Positions 7,848 through 13,055 of a stretch of 13,055 bases of DNA are shown here, one piece after another. A model generated the notes under the pieces. That model worked only from the letters and a program-made list of their open reading frames with translations. It had not been told where the DNA came from and ran no database searches. Source of the stretch: a virus; IMG/VR virus record IMGVR_UViG_3300032608_000772, positions 1 through 13,055 of that record. One strand, written 5' to 3'. Made by a program: the position numbers and the translations under genes. Every line of letters starts with the position of its first letter. Position 1 is the stretch's first letter.

Positions 7848-7966
7848 TCCCAATGGTTAGATCAGCGGCGGGCTACGCTGAAAAGGCACCCGCAATCACT
7901 AAGAGCTTTTTGGCATCCAGTACACAAACCGTCAATAACCTCGTCCGCTGAATCGGGTTGTTGGTT
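7848..7966 (-). repeat. attC-like element E3
   Basis: Minus strand: AACCAAC-AACCC-GATTCAGCGGACG ... CGCCGCTGATC-TAACC-ATTGGGA. The upstream ORF stop (TGA in GCTGATC) lies inside it. Confidence 0.5.
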
Positions 7967-8098
7967 TTCCATTTCGACTACCTTAACTTGGACGTTCATA
8001 GTGCACGTTTTTGAAAATAGACACGCCTCCAGGTTCTCTTTGCTCATCCAATCTTCGCCGTAATCATCACGCCACTCAATGCTAAATGTTCTTTTCAT
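7862..8098 (-). CDS. Small protein with C-terminal Cys cluster
   Basis: Track ORF begins 8290, but SD GGAGGG and ATG 8098 give MKRTFSIEWRDDYGEDWMSKENLEACLFSKTCTMNVQVKVVEMENQQPDSADEVIDGLCTGCQKALSDCGCLFSVARR. Confidence 0.6.
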   Translation of the reverse strand: MKRTFSIEWRDDYGEDWMSKENLEACLFSKTCTMNVQVKVVEMENQQPDSADEVIDGLCTGCQKALSDCGCLFSVARR

Positions 8099-8099
8099 T

Positions 8100-8324
8100 T
8101 TACCCTCCTTTCCCGCACTTTTTCCAGTACGGTTTCTCCGAAATAAACTTAAATTTTCCCAACACCCTGGGATGAAACAAAATGAAACAATCCTCACAGA
8201 AGACTTTATACAAACTTGGCTTGTTGTCCTGGTAAACAATAGCCCTGCCTGTGCCATCATAAACACGGCTACGAATCCCCGAGGTGACAATAATCAACCC
8301 TCCACAGACCGGACATCTCAACAT
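8100..8324 (-). CDS. Small zinc-ribbon-like protein
   Basis: MLRCPVCGGLIIV...YKVFCEDCFILFHPRVLG...; two CxxC pairs. ATG 8324 follows the upstream stop as TGAGATG. Confidence 0.6.
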   Translation of the reverse strand: MLRCPVCGGLIIVTSGIRSRVYDGTGRAIVYQDNKPSLYKVFCEDCFILFHPRVLGKFKFISEKPYWKKCGKGG

Positions 8325-8325
8325 C

Positions 8326-8790
8326 TCACTCTCCTTCCCCACACTTGCACCTGGACGGCTGGCGTCCGAACCAAAGTGCCATTGCTGTACTGAACTCGCT
8401 CCAATCTCCGAACCACTCTCTCTTTAGCGGACAAGTTGAGAACCACGCCTCCCACTCATCCACCGGTTCCGGTTCCGGCTCAGGCTCAGGCTCAGGCTCA
8501 ACAAAGCCTGCTCCCCAATATCTTTCCTTGTGTTCAGGCTCTGGAGCGGGCGGGTCGATGATAAGATACCCCTCACTTGTTGGAGAATAATCTATGGTGG
8601 CAATGTTCCAACAGTTGGTGACGGTATTCCAAAACTTTTCCCCATATTTGGGAAAGCCAATCCGCAGCGTCCACCCGCCCTCTCTCACCAACGTGAAAGC
8701 CTCATGTAGCATCTGCGGCAAGGTGCGTAGGACTGCCCCTGGGAACCGCTCTCCTTCCTTATAAATTACATACTTGTCGTCACTCATCAT
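8326..8790 (-). CDS. Hypothetical protein with Glu-Pro repeat linker
   Basis: 154 aa containing VEPEPEPEPEPEPVDEWEAWF; SD AAAGGAG before the ATG. Confidence 0.65.
   Translation of the reverse strand: MMSDDKYVIYKEGERFPGAVLRTLPQMLHEAFTLVREGGWTLRIGFPKYGEKFWNTVTNCWNIATIDYSPTSEGYLIIDPPAPEPEHKERYWGAGFVEPEPEPEPEPEPVDEWEAWFSTCPLKREWFGDWSEFSTAMALWFGRQPSRCKCGEGE
8465..8500. repeat. Hexanucleotide repeat encoding (EP)n
   Basis: (ggttcc)2(ggctca)4 on the plus strand. Confidence 0.85.
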
Positions 8791-8816
8791 TTTCTCCTTT
8801 CATGGCGCAGGGCCGG

Positions 8817-9188
8817 TTAGTCGTCGTCAAAAACTCGCTGAATCATGTCGCATACAATTCCTTGAGCTTCGCGGGTTAACCTCGAAATACAATCCTCCGG
8901 GATTTCGCCTTGCGTGTCCCAGACGTGTTCCCACAGGTCGTCCCGGAGCATTTCAAAGTTAAAGCCGTCGCAGAAAAACGCATTGCGAATAGAGAGGCAG
9001 TCCAGGCAAGTCTTGAAGCGGCTGAAATCGCCGTCCCACATGCCGGAAACATGCTCGTATTCTTCTCTTATCCCTATGGTCCGTCCACACTCAGAGCATT
9101 TATGTTCCTTTCCCGCCCTTCTGTGTTCGGCAGCATGAAACTCTGCCTGGCTGTCAACGTCTACGGTAACGCAAGCACAGGATTCCAT
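8817..9188 (-). CDS. Phage zinc-ribbon-like protein
   Basis: HKCSECGRTIGIREEYEHVSGMWDGDFSRFKTCLDCLSIRNAFFC; two CxxC pairs. Confidence 0.65.
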   Translation of the reverse strand: MESCACVTVDVDSQAEFHAAEHRRAGKEHKCSECGRTIGIREEYEHVSGMWDGDFSRFKTCLDCLSIRNAFFCDGFNFEMLRDDLWEHVWDTQGEIPEDCISRLTREAQGIVCDMIQRVFDDD

Positions 9189-9208
9189 CTCACTCTCCTT
9201 TCATGGCT

Positions 9209-9589
9209 TTAAAGTTCCTTCATCTCAAAGGCAGTCGGGATAACATCGTAGGTGCACTTATAATCAAAGAAGCCATCATACATCATCCTCTTCCTAACAC
9301 TTTTGGCGATACTGACTGCTTCGACGCGTCTAACCGGCAGATCATCATTACATCGATTGAATGCCCTGAACATTCTGCGACGCGATATCTCTATCCCCAC
9401 TTTCTCAATAAACCCACTCTCTCTAAGTTCGCTATCGGAGCAGAGGGAAAAACCGCGAGCATAGACCCCACCAATCTCACCAATCGCGACAGTTGCTCGT
9501 GGCGTCCCCCTATTACTGAGTAAATGGTAAATGAAAATCCTCATTCCCTTCGGCTTACTTCTGTCGTGAATTTTAGTCTCCCTACCCAT
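9209..9589 (-). CDS. Hypothetical phage protein
   Basis: 126-aa ORF with GGAGGG upstream (ATAAGGAGGGTAGGATTATG). Confidence 0.6.
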   Translation of the reverse strand: MGRETKIHDRSKPKGMRIFIYHLLSNRGTPRATVAIGEIGGVYARGFSLCSDSELRESGFIEKVGIEISRRRMFRAFNRCNDDLPVRRVEAVSIAKSVRKRMMYDGFFDYKCTYDVIPTAFEMKEL

Positions 9590-9706
9590 AATCCTACCCT
9601 CCTTATAGCAAACCCTTAGCTTAGAAAGAAAACCTACTGTCGTGGCGATCTGAACGCTTAGAATTGGTTTTAGGCTGTCACCACTTCTAAAATATTCGCC
9701 TCAATA

Positions 9707-9782
9707 TGGAGCGGAGAGAAGGAATCGAACCTCCGATACTTCTGGCCGGAAGCCAGATGCCATACCACTTGGCTATCCCCGC
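9707..9782 (-). tRNA. tRNA-Gly (anticodon TCC)
   Basis: GCGGGGATAGCCAAGTGGTATGGCATCTGGCTTCCGGCCAGAAGTATCGGAGGTTCGATTCCTTCTCTCCGCTCCA: acceptor GCGGGGA/TCTCCGC, D-stem GCCA/TGGC, anticodon stem TCTGG/CCAGA with loop CTTCCGG, T-arm GGAGG-TTCGATT-CCTTC, encoded CCA. Confidence 0.92.
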
Positions 9783-9830
9783 ACAACTTCATATTCCTCC
9801 GAGCCTTTTAAATGGCTAAACAATTGAGGG

Positions 9831-11393
9831 TTAATAACCTTTATCACGATACTGGATTCTCTTTACAAATCTATATAATCTGGTTTTATGAAGGACCCAC
9901 AATAAAAACGTCTTTGGTATATCTTTAACCCAACATTTTAAATATTGCTTTTTTCTCGTAGATCTCAATATAGCCTTCCAATATAATTTCTGGAATGGTT
10001 TCATTGCCCACATACGCTCAAAGGTTGGGGTAGCCCGAAAACGAATGTTCCATTTATCCCATAATCTCTCTAAGTCAATATCGTGTTCTGCCATTCGGAA
10101 GCGTTCTATTGGATTTAGCCTGTTTCCGATCAGCTTTGAGTACTCCGCGACGGTAAGCTTTGGGGTGCAATAGTCTTCGTATATCTTGGTACCTGGATAT
10201 GGGGTGGTGACTCCGAAGATCACGCCGGCACTTGGTTTCAATTCCTTCAGCAAGTCGTAGGTAAGTTTCAAATCGTCTCTGTTCTCTGAAGGCAAATTCA
10301 AAAGCATCGTAGCAAAAGATCGTAGTTTGTGCTTTGAGCACCACCCAAACACCTGTCGAATCTGATCGATCGTAATCCCCTTGTTCACAGTGTCCAGTAG
10401 CCGTTGCGAACCAGACTCTACCCCAATGTCGAGCTGAATACATCCCGTCTCCTTCAACCCCCTTATCATTTCTTCGGTTACTATATCTGCCCTCGTCTGA
10501 CAAGCATATGGCACTTCATCCTGCGGATAATAGTTTGCTTTTTTATCGAACCACTCGTCCATCCATTTCTTACTCATTCCAAACATATCATCAAATAGGT
10601 AGAAAAAGTCAAGGTGGTGGTGTCTTATCAGATGGGATATTTCTTGTATAACATTATCGACTGGTCTTAATCGGCAGGCTTTTCCTTTATTGGCTTGCCA
10701 AACAACATTCGCTGCACAAAAATCGCAATCGAAAGGACAACCACGACCAGCGAACACACATATCATCGAACAATAAATACGTCGGATAATAAGTTTTTGT
10801 GGTTTTAGATAATAACTATGCATATTTTCTTCTATTAAATCATAAGCTGACATAGGAAGATTCGTAAGATCCATGAAGTGACGCGGTTCTGTTTTGATAA
10901 ATTCTCTTTTTTCATCTAAGTAACCTATTCCATTCACCCTGTCAAGGGCATCCATGTCGTTTATATCCCACTCATCATACCATTTCCACAATTCCCAGCA
11001 AGTCTCCTCCCCTTCACCAATAACAGCGATGTCGAAGGGGCTCTCCGGAAATATGAAGTCCTCTGGATTGATTGTCGAATGAGCATTGCCAACAAGCAAA
11101 GTAGTATCTGGTTGATGGAATTTGACCATCTGTCCGAGTTCATAAATCATTGGATAATCAGAATGAAATGCGGCAAGGCCAACAAAGCGTGCTCGATTAG
11201 AACCATCGACCAGGGCTGAGGCTATCTTTTGTTTGTGTGCCTTCATATCAGCAGGCCTGTCGCCCCCCTTCTGATCGATGATCCTAACAGAGCACCCTTT
11301 GCCCCTAAGATATGCTGCCAACGACATGAAATAGTAGGGTGGGTGCGGATTGCGAGCATTTGTAGGGCTCGTTATGAATAGAAAATCAAGCAT
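9831..11393 (-). CDS. Radical SAM protein with N-terminal cobalamin-binding-type domain
   Basis: 520 aa; CxxxCxxC cluster motif in GRGCPFDCDFCAAN; N-terminal B12-binding-like region (GLAAFHSDYPMIYELGQMVKFHQPDTTLLVGNAHST, DIAVIGEGEET); LDIGVESGSQRLLDTVNKGIT and FGVTTPYPGTKIYEDY typical of this class. Confidence 0.88.
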   Translation of the reverse strand: MLDFLFITSPTNARNPHPPYYFMSLAAYLRGKGCSVRIIDQKGGDRPADMKAHKQKIASALVDGSNRARFVGLAAFHSDYPMIYELGQMVKFHQPDTTLLVGNAHSTINPEDFIFPESPFDIAVIGEGEETCWELWKWYDEWDINDMDALDRVNGIGYLDEKREFIKTEPRHFMDLTNLPMSAYDLIEENMHSYYLKPQKLIIRRIYCSMICVFAGRGCPFDCDFCAANVVWQANKGKACRLRPVDNVIQEISHLIRHHHLDFFYLFDDMFGMSKKWMDEWFDKKANYYPQDEVPYACQTRADIVTEEMIRGLKETGCIQLDIGVESGSQRLLDTVNKGITIDQIRQVFGWCSKHKLRSFATMLLNLPSENRDDLKLTYDLLKELKPSAGVIFGVTTPYPGTKIYEDYCTPKLTVAEYSKLIGNRLNPIERFRMAEHDIDLERLWDKWNIRFRATPTFERMWAMKPFQKLYWKAILRSTRKKQYLKCWVKDIPKTFLLWVLHKTRLYRFVKRIQYRDKGY

Positions 11394-11628
11394 GGCTTAT
11401 GAAGGAGCGCATAGAAAGTGTTTCTTTTAATTTAGTTACTAAAATATTAATTTCTTTCTCTACGATCTTCTTACATCTATCACAAAGTTCACCGTCCCAA
11501 ATGAGAGTCCTTTTTTTACTCCACGAAGAGTTGGTAAAATAAATCATATCCGTCGTCCCAACAGGCCTGTCGATCTTCGACGATATCATCCTACCACAAA
11601 TATCACACTCTACGATTATCCTTCTCAT
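11386..11628 (-). CDS. Small protein with two CxxC motifs
   Basis: ATG 11628 (track start is TTG 11643) preceded by GAGGAGG: MRRIIVECDICGRMISSK...DGELCDRCKKIVEKEI. Stop overlaps the radical SAM start (ATGCTTGA). Confidence 0.6.
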   Translation of the reverse strand: MRRIIVECDICGRMISSKIDRPVGTTDMIYFTNSSWSKKRTLIWDGELCDRCKKIVEKEINILVTKLKETLSMRSFISHA

Positions 11629-11639
11629 TGATTTCCTCC

Positions 11640-11864
11640 TCAATCCACAAAAACTCGTGCAGAAACGATAATAAGCGCTGCACCATTAATTTCCAAAGTC
11701 GCGTAGGTAAGCTCAACATCCATTACGCGATAGCATCTCCTAACATCGTCAATCCTATTATCTAAGACAACCAGCGTGCCTTTCTCCGGTACAATATCTA
11801 TCTCCATTGCTGCAATAAGCTTACCAATCTCGTTATTACTCTTTTTCAAAAACGTAACGTGCAT
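11640..11864 (-). CDS. Hypothetical small protein
   Basis: 74 aa, start one base past the NeuB-like stop (TAATATG). Confidence 0.5.
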   Translation of the reverse strand: MHVTFLKKSNNEIGKLIAAMEIDIVPEKGTLVVLDNRIDDVRRCYRVMDVELTYATLEINGAALIIVSARVFVD

Positions 11865-11865
11865 A

Positions 11866-12615
11866 TTACAGATCCATCTTTGTCAAATCATCTCTAAATT
11901 GACAGAGCATCTTTAATTCTTTGGCGTCGATTGAGCACACATGATCGGGGCCAGGAACTTTTTTATCGTAAGTGAAATGTTTCTCGACAATTTTTGCCCC
12001 CAATACCATCGCTACCTTGGCGGCAGTAACGCCAACAGTGTGATCTGAGAATCCAAAATCCATTGAAAAAGGATTGTGCCTAAAATTCAAGCGGTCGAGA
12101 GGAGTAGGATACTCCGAAACGCAGTATAAAACATGTATATCTTTCTCGTCATAGTGAAGATCTCTCGCCATCACTCTCCAGAAATCGCCAGTCGCGATCT
12201 TCCCACTTGTTACCAAACCATTACTCACCAATATCGGTTTATTGATATCTTCGAAAAGACGGAGATAATCCTCGTCGGCAATACTCCTACTTGCTATTTT
12301 ATGTCTCTCGACATTCATGCTCTCAAGCCAATTAAGACGTTTCTCGTCAAAAGCGCTGGCCATGAACTCTATCCCGACATCGTCGCAATGACATTTCAAT
12401 TCAAATGTCTGATCATAAGTTAATTGAGCATCAAGTATGCAAGCCCAGTCTTCGGGACTGAAATCAGTAGGGTGCAATAACTTTTTAGGATCATAGAGTT
12501 GAAATTTAACGACATCAGCACCACAGATCTTCGCAGATTCACTCAATTTCTTGGCAATGAGCATATCGCCCTGGTGGTTGATTCCGATTTCCGCGATAAT
12601 TTCACATCTTTGCAT
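11866..12615 (-). CDS. neuB-like: NeuB-family N-acetylneuraminate/pseudaminate/legionaminate-synthase-like protein, catalytic domain only
   Basis: IAEIGINHQGDMLIAKKLSESAKICGADVVKFQLYDP, YCVSEYPTPLDRLNFR, FGFSDHTVGVTAAKVAMVLGAKIVEKHFTYDKKVPGPDHVCSIDAKELK. Likely start ATG 12615 (MQRCEIIAEIG). Ends before the usual C-terminal SAF domain. Confidence 0.88.
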   Translation of the reverse strand: MQRCEIIAEIGINHQGDMLIAKKLSESAKICGADVVKFQLYDPKKLLHPTDFSPEDWACILDAQLTYDQTFELKCHCDDVGIEFMASAFDEKRLNWLESMNVERHKIASRSIADEDYLRLFEDINKPILVSNGLVTSGKIATGDFWRVMARDLHYDEKDIHVLYCVSEYPTPLDRLNFRHNPFSMDFGFSDHTVGVTAAKVAMVLGAKIVEKHFTYDKKVPGPDHVCSIDAKELKMLCQFRDDLTKMDL

Positions 12616-12763
12616 TTTGTTCTGCCTCCGGGCACACAACGGCTAAACCAATAAACAATACGGCTCCGTATATCAAGGCCATTATAATCGCATCGATGCC
12701 AAATATAAGGCCCATCATCGCCAGCCCGCCAAATAAATTAAATATCCATATTACTTTTGCCAT
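12602..12763 (-). CDS. 53-aa hydrophobic (membrane) protein, copy 1
   Basis: Not in track. MAKVIWIFNLFGGLAMMGLIFGIDAIIMALIYGAVLFIGLAVVCPEAEQNAKM*. Its 3' end overlaps the start of the NeuB-like gene by 14 nt. Confidence 0.65.
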   Translation of the reverse strand: MAKVIWIFNLFGGLAMMGLIFGIDAIIMALIYGAVLFIGLAVVCPEAEQNAKM

Positions 12764-12801
12764 CTACTTTATCCCTTATTTTAAAGGTTAATCGCATTTT
12801 A
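12722..12801. repeat. 80-bp exact direct repeat, copy 1
   Basis: cagcccgccaaataaattaaatatccatattacttttgccatctactttatcccttattttaaaggttaatcgcatttta, identical to 12976-13055 (offset 254). Confidence 0.95.
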
Positions 12802-12855
12802 CCCTATCCATTGTGATACAAGCGTCAACAAAGAAATCGTCTGGACGCGCGGATT

Positions 12856-13017
12856 TCACATCTTTGCATTTCGTTTTGCCTCCGGGCATTCAACAGTGCC
12901 ATATAGAGCTAAACCAACCAACAATATTAAAGACATTATCAACGCGTCGAGGTGGAGGATAAGGGCCAACATGAGCAGCCCGCCAAATAAATTAAATATC
13001 CATATTACTTTTGCCAT
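12856..13017 (-). CDS. 53-aa hydrophobic (membrane) protein, copy 2
   Basis: Not in track. MAKVIWIFNLFGGLLMLALILHLDALIMSLILLVGLALYGTVECPEAKRNAKM*. Same length, N- and C-termini as copy 1. Confidence 0.65.
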   Translation of the reverse strand: MAKVIWIFNLFGGLLMLALILHLDALIMSLILLVGLALYGTVECPEAKRNAKM

Positions 13018-13055
13018 CTACTTTATCCCTTATTTTAAAGGTTAATCGCATTTTA
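12976..13055. repeat. 80-bp exact direct repeat, copy 2 (reaches the window end and may continue)
   Basis: Identical to 12722-12801. Confidence 0.95.

Noticed and set aside
6718-7966. CRISPR array
   Set aside because: Spacing is irregular (281-850 bp), units contain ORFs, and there is no regular repeat-spacer periodicity.
8098-8290. N-terminal part of the track's 142-aa ORF 7862-8290
   Set aside because: It overlaps the CPVCGG gene out of frame; a strong SD and ATG at 8098 mark the real start.
8079-8393. Plus-strand ORFs here and elsewhere (e.g. 1205-1531, 1485-1922, 7686-8063, 8910-9212, 9203-9523)
   Set aside because: All lie antisense to better-supported minus-strand genes, with no recognisable motifs.
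10075-10503. 142-aa minus ORF MSDEGRYSNRR...
   Set aside because: Fully inside the radical SAM gene in another frame; arginine-rich shadow ORF.
12602-13017. Diversity-generating retroelement explanation for the duplicated variable gene pair
   Set aside because: No reverse transcriptase is in the window and differences between copies are not restricted to template adenines.

Overview
The window looks like part of a tailed-phage or prophage genome. Every supportable gene lies on the minus strand, so it reads right to left. The left part holds a late packaging/structural block: putative HTH/terminase small subunit, two small proteins, terminase large subunit, portal, an NUMOD3/HNH homing-type endonuclease, and the start of an M15-type endolysin that runs off the left edge and is missing from the ORF track. 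The middle (about 6.4-9.6 kb) is a run of very small, often Cys-rich ORFs. Part of it is punctuated by imperfect inverted repeats organised like integron attC sites: conserved outer triplets, inner arms with a one-base asymmetry, and a small ORF starting right after each. The right part has tRNA-Gly(TCC), a B12-binding-type radical SAM protein, two small proteins, a NeuB-family sialic-acid-synthase-like protein without the usual C-terminal domain, and a tandem duplication encoding two 53-aa hydrophobic proteins with 80 bp of identical leader/N-terminus and diverged cores. The best candidates for something undescribed are the attC-like/mini-cassette array (about 6.6-8.1 kb), the disrupted or recoded Cys-rich ORF inside it, and the duplicated membrane micro-genes next to neuB. 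All homology calls come from reading motifs; no search was run.
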